Shown: positions 35,948 through 46,411 of the stretch, in pieces
Position numbering within the stretch: the stretch's first letter is position 1
Layout: each line of letters begins with the position of its first letter
Program-made: the position numbers and the translations under genes
Virus record (IMG/VR): IMGVR_UViG_3300020195_000009
Coordinates: 186,001 to 250,000 of that record
DNA length: 64,000 nucleotides
Direction: 5' to 3' (one strand)
The notes under the pieces: generated by a model
Seen by the model: the letters and a program-made list of their open reading frames with translations, nothing else
What the model was told of the DNA's origin: nothing
The model's database searches: none

Positions 35948-37903
35948 ATGCACGCCCAGGTCGCAAATTACGTCCCCCGTTTCAACTCCGATTGGATCAA
36001 CCACTGGTGGAAGATCACCCGCGTCATGTTGGCGGCGGGGTGGAAGTACAAGGCCAGTGGGGATACGGCCGTCAAGGAGAGTGCAGGCGTCTCCACCGAT
36101 GATCGCTGGGCGATCGGTGGAATTACCAATCACGTTCAGGTTGGGGCTCAAGGCGGAACATCTCCGATCATCACGACGGGAGCGAGCGGTGTCATCACCC
36201 TCACAGGCATCTCGGGCTTTGTGGCCGCATCGGTAGGTCGCTACATCAGACTCACTGGGTTCGGTGATGCCAACGACGGCCTGTTTCGCATTCTCTCGCA
36301 GGGTGGTACAACGCTTACGTACTTCAACCCGAACTGCCCGGGCTCAGCAACGGGGGGTGTAAGCCAGACGTGGTCTGAGCGTCAGGGCGGAACAGCGGCA
36401 AGCTCCGGTTTGTCAGGCTCGGCCCCTGCAACACCGGGACGGCAAAACATCACGGGCCTGACTGGGATGGTTCTGGCCACGTCGTTCATGCGTGGTTCGG
36501 TAGGAAACCGCCTGACGATCAGTGGTGCAGCGACAGGTGCGAACAACGGTACCTTCATGATCACTCGTGTCTTGTCCGCGACTTCCGTAGAGGTCGACAA
36601 CGCCGCGGGGGTTGTGGACGCCAACAACGGAGCAATCCTCTGGTCCGAAGTAGACCCCCTTCAACAAGTTTTCCCTGTGGGTACTATCGGAGGCGCAACA
36701 GCAGGACAGTGGATCTGTCTCCAAGGCCCCTCAACGATCAAAGTCCCGATCGGTGCGGGTGTTCCAACCGGCACGTTCCGAAAGGGAGAGAACGTCACGC
36801 AGGCGACGTCCCTAGCTGAAGGTGAAGTCATCGGCGTCCAAGTCGATACCGGAGGAGGTCTCGGCTATCTCGTCATCATGCCCCGCCTGAACGGCATTGG
36901 AGCTGGTGTTCGAGGCTGGAGTAACACTGCGGTCATCACCGGCTCTATTTCGGGAGCTACGGCCACGCCAACGGCAACACTGATCGAGTACGTGCGTGAG
37001 TGCGTTTGGACGAAAGGCGTCAACAATACTTCAGGTTACAGTGGCCACTGGTTTCAGCAGTGCGTGGATTCTGTCGGGGAGTCGGCGCAGCGTTTCTCGG
37101 TACTAGCTACGGCAGGGGCGGTCACTGCGTCTCTGATGCCGGGGTTGCCCACGGGAACGTTCCCTACCCTTGGAACCTACGCGGTACTTGGGACGGGCGG
37201 GGCCAACGCCGCAACGACAGGAGTAAGCAACTTCTATGACGCCAACAATGGCACCGCGAATCTGGGTGTGGTCCAGATGATGTGTGCAAACTGCATTGGC
37301 ACCTCCGGGATTTCCGAAGACGGTAGCTGGCTCTTGTGTCCTGGGGTGCCAGTCAACGGTGTCAACGGTTGGTTTGGGTTTCAGTACTGTGAGAATTCCG
37401 AAGATGGTGATGTAGACCCCTACGTCACGAATCCGCAGAGCAACTCCACTTCATACGGAGGCGTCCGTACGTCTGGCGCTGTGTCTCACGGCCAGTTCAG
37501 GGCAGATTGGTTCAATCAGTTCGCTTCCGCATCCACGCCTTGGCGTGGATACCGTCGTCGAGGAATGGCGTCAGGGGACGCTTTCCAAGAATTCGGCTGC
37601 GCGATCCTCGGGAACGCCAGCGCTAACGTGGGTGCGAACAACCCGAACAGCCAAGAGCGAGTGGCGTGTGTTCCAACGCAGCTCACAGTGGTGAAGGATC
37701 AACTCTGGGTGATCTCGACGCAGTCCAGCCAGAAGATGCGCAAGGGAAGTCTGCGTTGGATGGTCTCGATCGCCTTCGTTACGCCTGGCGGTCTCTACGA
37801 CAACGGCCGTTTTGTCGGGATCGGCTTGGGTCTGTACGGGACAGCCTTCTCTAGCTACGCGGTTGGTCCGTGGGACGGCGTAACGCCTGGCGGATACTCC
37901 TGA
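35948..37903 (+). CDS. virion structural protein (paralogue A)
   Basis: 651 aa, G/T-rich, aligns with the next gene along its length. Confidence 0.75.
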   Translation: MHAQVANYVPRFNSDWINHWWKITRVMLAAGWKYKASGDTAVKESAGVSTDDRWAIGGITNHVQVGAQGGTSPIITTGASGVITLTGISGFVAASVGRYIRLTGFGDANDGLFRILSQGGTTLTYFNPNCPGSATGGVSQTWSERQGGTAASSGLSGSAPATPGRQNITGLTGMVLATSFMRGSVGNRLTISGAATGANNGTFMITRVLSATSVEVDNAAGVVDANNGAILWSEVDPLQQVFPVGTIGGATAGQWICLQGPSTIKVPIGAGVPTGTFRKGENVTQATSLAEGEVIGVQVDTGGGLGYLVIMPRLNGIGAGVRGWSNTAVITGSISGATATPTATLIEYVRECVWTKGVNNTSGYSGHWFQQCVDSVGESAQRFSVLATAGAVTASLMPGLPTGTFPTLGTYAVLGTGGANAATTGVSNFYDANNGTANLGVVQMMCANCIGTSGISEDGSWLLCPGVPVNGVNGWFGFQYCENSEDGDVDPYVTNPQSNSTSYGGVRTSGAVSHGQFRADWFNQFASASTPWRGYRRRGMASGDAFQEFGCAILGNASANVGANNPNSQERVACVPTQLTVVKDQLWVISTQSSQKMRKGSLRWMVSIAFVTPGGLYDNGRFVGIGLGLYGTAFSSYAVGPWDGVTPGGYS

Positions 37904-37918
37904 AGGAAGAAGAAGACC

Positions 37919-39655
37919 ATGCCTAACGTAACTATCCCCAACGCGTCCCTCATCTCAGGCTCTTCGGACTTCATCAGCTCGTGGTGGCGCCTCACACGTG
38001 GCCTGAAGGCCTCGGGCTGGCGGTACAAGGCCAGTTCAGACGGTGCAGCGAAGGAGACCACGGGCAACCCCTCCCTCGACAAATGGGGCGGCGGTGTTCA
38101 GGTCGGATCGCAGACGGCGACCGTGTCGTTCGTCATCGGAGCCCCGACGACGACGGCCAAAGGCGGTCGTTCGATCATCACTGGGCTGACGGGTTTCACG
38201 GCGACGACGCCTACTGGTGGATCACCTGGGCGCTTCCTGGTGATCACTGGAGCGACAAACGCCGCGAACAACGGAACTTGGTTGATCACCAAGTTCATCT
38301 CGGCCACTTCGGTGGAGATCGAGAACCCCGCGGCGATTGCGGAGACAACACCGGGTACGGCGACATGGACCGAGAAGTCCGCGGTCACGGACACGATGCC
38401 TGCCGCGTTCCAAGGAACGGCGGGGTCGGGAGCTTGGTGGTGTGCTGAAGGCCCTTCGACGATGAAGATCCCCATCGGAGCTGGGGTTCCCACGGGCACC
38501 TTCATTCGAGGAGAGAACGTCGTTCAGACAACCAGCGGAGCCACTGGCGAGTTGCTCGGTGTCATGACCGATGCTGCGGGGGGCGCCGGGCATCTGGTCA
38601 TCGCTCCGCGGGCAAGCGGCACAGGAGCTGCCGTTCGAGGGTGGGGCTCCGCGAACACGATCACAGGCTCAACTTCGGGCGCCACGATTGTGTCGGCAGG
38701 AACCCCTATCGAGTACGTGCGGGAGCTTGTGATCTGGAAAGGCAGTTCCACGGCCACGCACGGCCACATGTACTTCCAGTGCATCGACAGCGTGAACGAA
38801 AGTACGCCCGCAACTACGGTCGGCCGATTCTCGCAGATGGCTACTCTCGGCGGTTGCACTGCAACGGTGGCTCCTGGTGGTGTGACAGCAGCAGCTCCTA
38901 GTGCGAACGGTTTTCCAGTCGTCGGCACCTATGTCATCTGTGGACAGGGCGGCCCTGCAACGCTTGGTACAAACCAGACCCGGCTCTTCAGTGGCTCTTC
39001 AAACACGGACGCCTATGGTGTCTGCAACGCGATGTGCGCGAACTGCATCGAGGACGTGGGCGTCTCGCAAGACGGTAGCTACATCTTGTCGATCAGCGTG
39101 AGCGCTAGCTCCGCGTACATCGGATCGGCCTTCCAGCGCTGCGATGATGGAGAAGAGGGTGATGTAGACCCGTATGTCCACTGGCAGCAAGGCGCAGCCA
39201 ACTACGATTCGGCGCCGACGACGACAGCCAGAACGATCCGAAACGTGGAGACAGGATCTACTCCCGATACCTTCCGTTCCGGGTTTATTGCTGCGAACGC
39301 CTACACGCCATTTCTAGGTTCGCGGCGTAGGGGCTTCCCGACACAAGATGCCTACCAAGTCTTCCAGGGAGGGTTCTTGATCTTCTCTCCGGGTACGGGC
39401 ACGATTGCTCAGAACCTCGGCACTGTAGATCGAGTAGCGACAGCTCCGGTCAACACCGCCGTGCGGGAACCTATTTGGGTTCACTCCGTGCAGTACAACC
39501 AGAAAATGCGCAAAGGCACTTTGCGCTGGATGTTCTGGATCATGGGCGGTGTCGCCACGGACACCTACGACACCAAGAGTTATGTGCAGATGGCCACGAC
39601 GATCTTCGCCACCGTTGCTGGTCCATGGGATCAGTCCACAGTTCCTACGCTCTGA
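37919..39655 (+). CDS. virion structural protein (paralogue B)
   Basis: Shares WW..TR...GW.YKAS, GPST.K.PIGAGVPTGTF, ANCI, GDVDPYV, QKMRKG.LRW, GPWD with paralogue A. Confidence 0.75.
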   Translation: MPNVTIPNASLISGSSDFISSWWRLTRGLKASGWRYKASSDGAAKETTGNPSLDKWGGGVQVGSQTATVSFVIGAPTTTAKGGRSIITGLTGFTATTPTGGSPGRFLVITGATNAANNGTWLITKFISATSVEIENPAAIAETTPGTATWTEKSAVTDTMPAAFQGTAGSGAWWCAEGPSTMKIPIGAGVPTGTFIRGENVVQTTSGATGELLGVMTDAAGGAGHLVIAPRASGTGAAVRGWGSANTITGSTSGATIVSAGTPIEYVRELVIWKGSSTATHGHMYFQCIDSVNESTPATTVGRFSQMATLGGCTATVAPGGVTAAAPSANGFPVVGTYVICGQGGPATLGTNQTRLFSGSSNTDAYGVCNAMCANCIEDVGVSQDGSYILSISVSASSAYIGSAFQRCDDGEEGDVDPYVHWQQGAANYDSAPTTTARTIRNVETGSTPDTFRSGFIAANAYTPFLGSRRRGFPTQDAYQVFQGGFLIFSPGTGTIAQNLGTVDRVATAPVNTAVREPIWVHSVQYNQKMRKGTLRWMFWIMGGVATDTYDTKSYVQMATTIFATVAGPWDQSTVPTL

Positions 39656-39662
39656 TTGACCA

Positions 39663-40067
39663 ATGGCTGATCAAGGAGCTTCTCAGGCAAGGAGCAACGA
39701 GACGCTCAATCGCGCCTCCTCGTTTCAGGGGCGAGATGGGGCGGCTGCGGTCAGTCGTTCGGTAACGTCATCCGCGAACTATCTGGGTCAAGATCGACGC
39801 TCGGTGGAGTCAACCGTAGTAGCAGTCGGGTCAACTTTCGATGGTGCGGACCGCGCTGCTGCAAGACGTTCAAGTGCTGGCGTGCCTCGTGGGACAAGAG
39901 ACGGTCTTGTTCGGACGTACGTGCTCCGAAGGTTCCTCGGTTGGAATGGAGGCACGCCCGTTCGTTGGGTCAGTGCTACGGACACACCCCCACAACCAGG
40001 ACTCACCAACATCACTATCGAAGACGAGGCTCTGGTGCGCTTTCCGGTAGGGGGACGGGTTCGATGA
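39663..40067 (+). CDS. small structural protein (paralogue of 41605)
   Basis: MADQGASQAR...LGW.G.TPVRW.S...LTNIT.EDE. Confidence 0.72.
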   Translation: MADQGASQARSNETLNRASSFQGRDGAAAVSRSVTSSANYLGQDRRSVESTVVAVGSTFDGADRAAARRSSAGVPRGTRDGLVRTYVLRRFLGWNGGTPVRWVSATDTPPQPGLTNITIEDEALVRFPVGGRVR

Positions 40068-41596
40068 GGAAAGTCCTTCGCCTCCATGACTCCTTCCGTT
40101 TCGTTGCGCCGGTCATCTTCGGGGCAAGGCCGAGCCCGACCGCGAACAATGGTCTCCGTCCCATCACGGTGCTTGGGAAGAACTTCGTCAACGCGCCGGT
40201 CGTTACGGTGTCTGGGGTTCCCGCTACGAGTGTGTGGCGTTTGTCAGACTCCTTGCTCACGTGCTTGCCCCCGGCTGGTGCGGTGGGGGTGAAGAATCTG
40301 GTTGTCACGAATCCCGATGGGCAGCACAGCGGCACGAGCGGCAACGGTCTCCTTGAATTTGTTTTGTGGCCGCACATCACCTCGATCACGCCCAATACAG
40401 GCACTGCCGATGGTGGCACAGCGATCACCAATCTCGCTGGGTCAGGGTTCGTTAGTGGTTGCACGGTTACGATCGGTGGTGCGCCTGCGCCCAGCGTCGT
40501 TTTCGTTTCGTCTTCCCAGCTGACGTGCGTGACTCCGTTACGCACGATAGGAGCGAAGGATGTAGTCGTAACGAATCCGGACGGGTCGACGTCAGGTACG
40601 GCAGGGAACGGGTTGTTCACGTACACGTTGCCGTTCGATCCGACGACTCTAGTGTTGTCGTCTTACCAGCGAGACTACACGGATGCCGATGCGAGTAGCC
40701 TTACTTGGCTAGGTACTGCCAGCGCAGGAATCAGTGCTCAGCACAAAGAAGGCCAGCTCTCCGCTATGCCGCTCGCAACGGCTCCGTTGAATGGTTTCAA
40801 GGGGGCTGGATACACGCGAGCGTCAGGAAGGAATACGGCGACAAGGAGAGTGTCTGATAACGGGGCTGTCCTGATGGATCCTACGCTGGTCACAAATACA
40901 GCATACACCGCCTCATTTTTCCTGGATCTCATGGAGGCGAGAAAAGGGAATGCGACGATCTACCTCAACTCCAGCGTGTTCCAAGCGGATGCGCACTGGG
41001 GGTGGATGTTCAAGTCCACGGCGTCACTTACGACGCAGGTTGCCATCACGATCACTGCGAGCACGCGGACAATCGATCGCGCGAATGGCAGTTGGATTAC
41101 AGACGGCTTTGTAACAGGCCAGACGGTCTACATTCGACGGTCAGTTTTCAACGATGGTTTCGTCTCAACGACACTGCTTAGTGTTTCCGCCCTTACGCTC
41201 ACTTTCAACGTTGGAAGTAACCTCGTTGATGAGGTCAGCCTCTTTAGCGATGACATCGCGATCTCCGCGGGTCCTTACGCCTTCATGGTGTTCAATTACA
41301 CCGGGTCGTTCCCCTTCGTTGAGGTGGTCACAACTCCAGGACTTCATTGGTACTACGTGCGGCGTACAGCTTCTGGCACCATCCAGATTGATATCGACGG
41401 AGTAGCAGGAACGCCGACTGCTCTTGTAGATCACATCGGTGCCAGCGGCATTGGAGCCCAAACAAACACAAGCTATGGAGGTGCTCAGTGTTCGTTCGTG
41501 CTGTATGAGCGCTTCACTGCGCTTGTCTCTCAGTCCACGACGGAGCGAACCGACTACAAGCGGTACCTGAACGCCAAGTACGGCACGGCCTACTGA
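40064..41596 (+). CDS. IPT/TIG-domain structural or adhesion protein
   Basis: Two IPT repeats (PHITSITPNTG..DGGT; VVTNPDG) then a lectin-like beta region. Confidence 0.82.
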   Translation: MRKVLRLHDSFRFVAPVIFGARPSPTANNGLRPITVLGKNFVNAPVVTVSGVPATSVWRLSDSLLTCLPPAGAVGVKNLVVTNPDGQHSGTSGNGLLEFVLWPHITSITPNTGTADGGTAITNLAGSGFVSGCTVTIGGAPAPSVVFVSSSQLTCVTPLRTIGAKDVVVTNPDGSTSGTAGNGLFTYTLPFDPTTLVLSSYQRDYTDADASSLTWLGTASAGISAQHKEGQLSAMPLATAPLNGFKGAGYTRASGRNTATRRVSDNGAVLMDPTLVTNTAYTASFFLDLMEARKGNATIYLNSSVFQADAHWGWMFKSTASLTTQVAITITASTRTIDRANGSWITDGFVTGQTVYIRRSVFNDGFVSTTLLSVSALTLTFNVGSNLVDEVSLFSDDIAISAGPYAFMVFNYTGSFPFVEVVTTPGLHWYYVRRTASGTIQIDIDGVAGTPTALVDHIGASGIGAQTNTSYGGAQCSFVLYERFTALVSQSTTERTDYKRYLNAKYGTAY

Positions 41597-41604
41597 GATG
41601 AACC

Positions 41605-41889
41605 ATGGCTGATCAAGGAGCGTCACAAGCAAGAGGGATCTCCGTACCGACTTCGAGCACAGCTACGTTTAGTGGTCACAACCACGCCGCAGCTGCTAAG
41701 CAGGCGCCGTTCGTGCGAGCAGGAATACTAGATGGACTAGATCACAAGCAGTTGCCACTAGTGAGCTTCAAGCTCCTGGGGTGGGACGGTGCAACGCCTG
41801 TTCGGTGGATCTCCCGTAGCTACGTTTCAGCCAGAGACAACCTCACGAACATCACGGTCGAAGACGAGTGGGAAGTCGCAGACGAGTGA
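41605..41889 (+). CDS. small structural protein (paralogue of 39663)
   Basis: Identical N-terminal decapeptide MADQGASQAR. Confidence 0.72.
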   Translation: MADQGASQARGISVPTSSTATFSGHNHAAAAKQAPFVRAGILDGLDHKQLPLVSFKLLGWDGATPVRWISRSYVSARDNLTNITVEDEWEVADE

Positions 41890-41913
41890 CTTGACGCCAA
41901 ACCGGAGACATCC

Positions 41914-42111
41914 ATGACGCTCACTGAACGCAACCATATCGAGGCGCTGTTTCACATCCCCTCGAACAACATCATTGATCTGACCACCCAGCAGGACATC
42001 AACGATCCCGACGTGTGGACCGGCTACGTTCGCATCTGGCCGGATAGCCCCGTGTTTGATGAGTTCACGGCTCTCGAAGGGTCTGGCCTCACACTCAAGC
42101 CAGGTCCGTAG
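41914..42111 (+). CDS. hypothetical protein
   Basis: SD GGAG, 65 aa. Confidence 0.65.
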   Translation: MTLTERNHIEALFHIPSNNIIDLTTQQDINDPDVWTGYVRIWPDSPVFDEFTALEGSGLTLKPGP

Positions 42112-42118
42112 TCCTAAA

Positions 42119-42662
42119 ATGAAATTAGACGCAAACCAGGTCTACCCAGGGATCTGGCAAGGCTCAATCCCACCCGAAGGCTACACCCTCCACAAGTTTG
42201 GGTTTCGTGGGCTCGTCCTTTGCGCTCAAGAACACCAACCCAAGACTGAGCGGTTCCCAGGGATCAACGTCATCCACTCCCCCAACGATGACGACTTCAC
42301 CCGGCTCCCAACTAGGGAAGAACTACAGATGGCCCTCCAGAGCGCCAGGAAGGTCGCTGCAATGGTCTCGGGGGGGTGAGTCTGTCCTTGTGACCTGCCG
42401 GATGGGAAAGAACCGCTCAGGGCTTGTCAGCGCCTTGGCGCTTCATCTCCTGACCGGCCAAGAGGGGTTGGCTTGTATCCAGCACATCCAAAGTCGACGT
42501 AAAGGCGCCCTTCGGAACTCTGGGTTCAACCAGTGCCTTGTGAAGCTGCAATCAGTCAGCGCGGGGGGTCTCACTGGCAAAGACGTAAGCCGACCCATCC
42601 CACTTGTAGGTGCGAGTAATCGAACCCGCAGGGCCCCCAGCCGAGCCCCTCAGCACGACTGA
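42119..42662 (+). pseudogene. dual-specificity phosphatase split by a frameshift in a G7 run
   Basis: N-terminal half ends ...MVSGG* at 42379; catalytic VLVTCRMGKNRSG continues in another frame; removing one G at 42370-42376 rejoins them. Confidence 0.82.
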
Positions 42663-42926
42663 CACCTTGAGAATTGACGACGTGGATATCGTGACTCGAC
42701 CCTCACCCGTCCAAACCACCTGCTTTTTCTGGTCCTTCGACACCCGGTAAGCCGTCACATCCGGGGAATAACAAGCACAATCAGGGTCCTCAACCGTGTG
42801 GATACAGTTGGGGCCAACAAGGGCGTCCCCCACATCACACACGGACTTGGGCTCTGCGGCAGCAAGGCCTGAAACCGAGAGGGTAGCAACCGCGACGAGT
42901 CCAGCGAGGATGTTTCGGAGGCCCAT
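42552..42926 (-). CDS. secreted hypothetical protein
   Basis: Signal peptide; leaderless-type promoter upstream. Confidence 0.72.
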   Translation of the reverse strand: MGLRNILAGLVAVATLSVSGLAAAEPKSVCDVGDALVGPNCIHTVEDPDCACYSPDVTAYRVSKDQKKQVVWTGEGRVTISTSSILKVSVVLRGSAGGPAGSITRTYKWDGSAYVFASETPRAD

Positions 42927-42973
42927 GTATCTAGGACACCCGAAAGTGGGTCTGATTCAACCAAAATAGACAA

Positions 42974-43273
42974 CTAGGGCTTCTTTTCGAGAGGCCGCTC
43001 TGTAGGTGTAGGGGCACCCTTGTAGAGCCCTGCGCCGGGGGGCAGTCTCTTTTTGATAGCCGGGGGCGGATCACTCTTCACACGATCGATAAACGCCTTC
43101 GTAACTTCGAGGATCTGCCTAGCCTCCTCGGTGACCGCCTGAATTTGACCCGACTCACGCCGGAAGAGTTTCGGAGCCGTATCGCTCACGGCGTTTGGTT
43201 TGACCTCTTCAGTCCCACCTTCTTGAATTTGGTCAGGTTTGAGCATAAAGAGCCTCGGTGCTGTTCCGCCCAT
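42974..43273 (-). CDS. hypothetical protein
   Basis: Strong SD TAAGGAGG. Confidence 0.7.
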   Translation of the reverse strand: MGGTAPRLFMLKPDQIQEGGTEEVKPNAVSDTAPKLFRRESGQIQAVTEEARQILEVTKAFIDRVKSDPPPAIKKRLPPGAGLYKGAPTPTERPLEKKP

Positions 43274-43327
43274 GGTGCTCCTCCTTACCTAACAGGATCG
43301 TTCGATAAGTCAAAATGAGGGCACCTT

Positions 43328-43843
43328 TCAACGGGATGGTTTGATCAAACCTAGCGCAGATTGAAGCCCTTGAAGCAAACCCCGAACCTCAGCCATTGTA
43401 TTTTTGACCTGAGCAATCTCCTCGGCTCGCTGACGGTCCGCCTGCTCAAAGTCCTCTTCGGGGACACACCTCTTGATCTTGCTTTCAAGCCTTTCGTGGC
43501 ACTCCTCGATGTCTTTGAACTGACCCTCCAGCTTACGAAGGCGCTCTTCAAAACCAACGCTCTCCAAGTTGGTGAACGAGCCGGGTCTCCGACGTGGCCA
43601 GCTCTCATCCCCCTGCTGTTCTCGCTGGTAGTGCTCACGAACACTCTTGAGCCCCTCCTCCATGAGGTGAATGGAGTACACGAGGCCTGTCTTGCTATCG
43701 ATTGAGCCGATCTTCTTCTCCAGCTCTTCCACTCGCTTTTTGATATCGCGGAAAAAGGCGAGGATCGTAGAAAGAGCCGTACCGCCACCTGAGATGACCG
43801 CAGGTACAACACTCTCTAGGAGGTGGTCGAGAGAGAAAGCCAT
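43328..43843 (-). CDS. membrane-anchored coiled-coil protein
   Basis: SD GGAGG, N-terminal hydrophobic segment, heptads. Confidence 0.75.
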   Translation of the reverse strand: MAFSLDHLLESVVPAVISGGGTALSTILAFFRDIKKRVEELEKKIGSIDSKTGLVYSIHLMEEGLKSVREHYQREQQGDESWPRRRPGSFTNLESVGFEERLRKLEGQFKDIEECHERLESKIKRCVPEEDFEQADRQRAEEIAQVKNTMAEVRGLLQGLQSALGLIKPSR

Positions 43844-43947
43844 GATCCTCCGGTTGGACCTTCCAGAAGGCCTAATCTAGCCAAACCATAAGGCAAAAAC
43901 CGTGGTAGGTGAGAAGGGGCCCTTGTCTAAAGGTAACCCATAAATTG

Positions 43948-43986
43948 AAAAAGGCCGGCAGGAGTTTTGAACCCCTGCCGGCCTCT
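43948..43986 (-). terminator. intrinsic terminator
   Basis: aggccggcagg...cctgccggcct hairpin followed by a U-run on the minus strand. Confidence 0.75.
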
Positions 43987-44006
43987 TGACGTGTTGGAAG
44001 GTCTAC

Positions 44007-44375
44007 TTACAGTTCGACCTTCTCGATTACATCGACCCAGTGGTCCTTCGTGGCACCCTTGGTGAAGGCCGACACAACCTCGAACACGGTGTCCGAGAAA
44101 CCACCCACGTTGAGAATGTTACCGTCCTGATCAGGGACCTGAACGGTACTGTGTGGCGTCAAGTCGATGCAGACCAACTTGGCGTTGGGGCAGCGGCGCT
44201 TGAGGATGAGCCACTGCTCCATCATCGCCGTTCCACGACCCCCGGCCCCAATAGGGTGCGCCCAGGACTCGTAGTCGGAGACGAAAACCACGAGGTCTAC
44301 ATGAGCCCGCTCCGCATTGAGAGCCCGGAGCGGCGCATCGCAGTTCGTGGCCCCACCCCGGAACGAAGCGAGCCT
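44007..44375 (-). pseudogene. C-terminal (vWA) remnant of Ro60/TROVE protein
   Basis: GGATNCDAPL..LN...DLVVFVSDYESW...MMEQW..LK.R.PNAKLVCIDL.P....Q...NILNVGGFSD.VF...HWV; the TROVE ring domain is missing. Confidence 0.88.
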
Positions 44376-44523
44376 CGTAGGCCTCCACACGAGCCGGCAG
44401 GTTGCCTTCGATCGGGAAGACCTCCTCCCCGAACTTCGCCGCCGTCTTCCCAATGAGGTAGGCGTGAAGAGCCGAACGAACCTTGGTCTTGAGGTTGGGG
44501 GTTAGTTACATCATAAGGACGAA

Positions 44524-45237
44524 CTAGGCACGCTTTTTCTGACGGCGGCTCGTCCGAGAGGCCACATAGGCCTTCGCAACCCTCTTGAATTTCGGGAACT
44601 TCGCCCCGAAGAGTGAATGTTCTTTCCCAGCCGTCCTGTAGATCGTGTACCCACCCTTCGCGATCGTGAAGGGTTTCTTGAGGACACTCATCTGGTCGAA
44701 CCGTCGAAGCGAGTCAGACCCAGGGTCGTTCGAGTCGAACCACTCGGGGAAGAGGAAGTTCGACACGGACACGCTCTTCTTTCCGACCTTGATCGGGTAG
44801 GCGTCCCCCTCGACAGCATCGCAAAGCTCCCAAGCGTGGCTCTTGCCATCCGGGGCATCCCCCCACTTGTTGCAGTTGGGGTCACCCCAAAGCTCCAGGA
44901 TCTCGTGGGAGAGGACACAAGAGAGAGAGTTGGGCCCTTCAAACTTGGTGCCTCCGTTGTCGAGGATGACGCCCACGAAGACCTTGCCGTACTCCCTCCC
45001 CTCAGGATCCTCGAAATGGTACCCAAGAGCATCCGCCTCATCCGCTTCGTCAAAGAAGTAGATAGGGCACGCCTCATCCGGCACCTGCCGTGGGTCCTCG
45101 TAGAAGATGACCGGGGCTACCCTAGCATCCCAGGCCGGGGCAGCATGCCGACGCATCTGAGAGGCACACGCCTTCGTCATCAGTAGAACTTCGTCGTTCG
45201 TGACCCTTTTGGACTTGTTTACGATGGCGATGAGCAT
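44524..45237 (-). CDS. zinc metalloprotease-like protein
   Basis: ALGYH, LSHEILE..GDP, ELCDAVE, VSNF..P.WF. Confidence 0.78.
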   Translation of the reverse strand: MLIAIVNKSKRVTNDEVLLMTKACASQMRRHAAPAWDARVAPVIFYEDPRQVPDEACPIYFFDEADEADALGYHFEDPEGREYGKVFVGVILDNGGTKFEGPNSLSCVLSHEILELWGDPNCNKWGDAPDGKSHAWELCDAVEGDAYPIKVGKKSVSVSNFLFPEWFDSNDPGSDSLRRFDQMSVLKKPFTIAKGGYTIYRTAGKEHSLFGAKFPKFKRVAKAYVASRTSRRQKKRA

Positions 45238-45271
45238 GCTGGCCTCCGTGGAAGCCAGCGAACAAGTAGGA

Positions 45272-45568
45272 TCACACTGCTACGAAGCTGGGACCCCGGT
45301 AGGTCGCCAGGACTGCACCCGTCTGCTGATCCTTGATGAAAGCCGAGAAGACAACCTGCACCCCGAGGTGCTCATTGCAACCACCCGACTTCGAGGAAGC
45401 CTCGAAGTGCTCGATGTACGCCTTGAGGTTCTCCTCAGTCGGCTTCCCATGTGCCGGGATCTGCCCCTGCTTGCGGGTCCGCCACTCAGCGGGGGTACAA
45501 CGGGCCGTCCCGTTGTACCCCGTGATCGTCATCTCCACCGTGACCGGAATCATTCGGCTGCGTCCCAT
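45272..45568 (-). CDS. hypothetical protein
   Basis: Leaderless-type promoter upstream. Confidence 0.72.
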   Translation of the reverse strand: MGRSRMIPVTVEMTITGYNGTARCTPAEWRTRKQGQIPAHGKPTEENLKAYIEHFEASSKSGGCNEHLGVQVVFSAFIKDQQTGAVLATYRGPSFVAV

Positions 45569-45613
45569 ACTGAGAGAACACGCAGCTCCCCTCTGGATTC
45601 AACTTTAATCGTC

Positions 45614-46411
45614 TCATGGGATGAGATATTTGACCCAACCCGAATCCGTACGCTCAGCCAGCCCGAGCGTGATGAAAACCTCGTCCATCTTCAACTCTTG
45701 TGCGTAGAAGAAGCTGTATTTCTTCTTGCTCATCTCGACGTACAGTGTCCTGGCCTCCGTCTTGTCACCCGTCGCCGCCAAGGTGATGAACTTGTCCGCA
45801 AAGTCCTTCTTGATGGCCTCACGCTTGGCCGACAAGGCAGCCTGCTTCGCTTTGGTGGCCGCCACCTTATCGGCCTTTACCTGACGGGCTGCGGCCCGCT
45901 CAGCAGCTCGTACGTCCTTGGCCGCCTTCTCCTCGGCCATACGCTCCTCGATGGTGCGAATGGGGGCGAGTTTCCAAGCCAAGATACGATTCACCAGGCG
46001 GAGAACTTCGGCCGTGAGCTGGCGAACCATGTACTTGACTTCGTGGGTGGCGCTCTCAAGCTGACGGGTCCAGGTCCAAAGCTCAGTAACGCCGCAGATG
46101 TACTCCGTGGTCTCGATGCTGTAGAAGGAGGCCTTCGACACCGAGAGGTGGGTCACGGCACCGGGGGTCTGGAGCTGAGTAAGGCGCTCCTGCTTGTGTA
46201 CCAGCTCCTCTTCGACACTGACCAGATACGACCTCACCAGCTCGCAGGAAACCTCGTAGGGGTCCGCCTTGACGCCGTAGCAGTCACCGACGATCTCCCC
46301 GTGACCCGGCCTCTTGTAGCCGTGGTGGACAAGCTTACCGTCGTGGAGCTTCTGCTCCTGCTCGCAAATCTGGCAGCAACCGAGGAACCGAGTCTTGAGG
46401 TTGGCGTCCAT
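45614..46411 (-). CDS. hypothetical phage protein
   Basis: GCCQIC...HHGYKRPGHG..VGDCYG domain shared with the 29769 gene. Confidence 0.8.
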   Translation of the reverse strand: MDANLKTRFLGCCQICEQEQKLHDGKLVHHGYKRPGHGEIVGDCYGVKADPYEVSCELVRSYLVSVEEELVHKQERLTQLQTPGAVTHLSVSKASFYSIETTEYICGVTELWTWTRQLESATHEVKYMVRQLTAEVLRLVNRILAWKLAPIRTIEERMAEEKAAKDVRAAERAAARQVKADKVAATKAKQAALSAKREAIKKDFADKFITLAATGDKTEARTLYVEMSKKKYSFFYAQELKMDEVFITLGLAERTDSGWVKYLIP

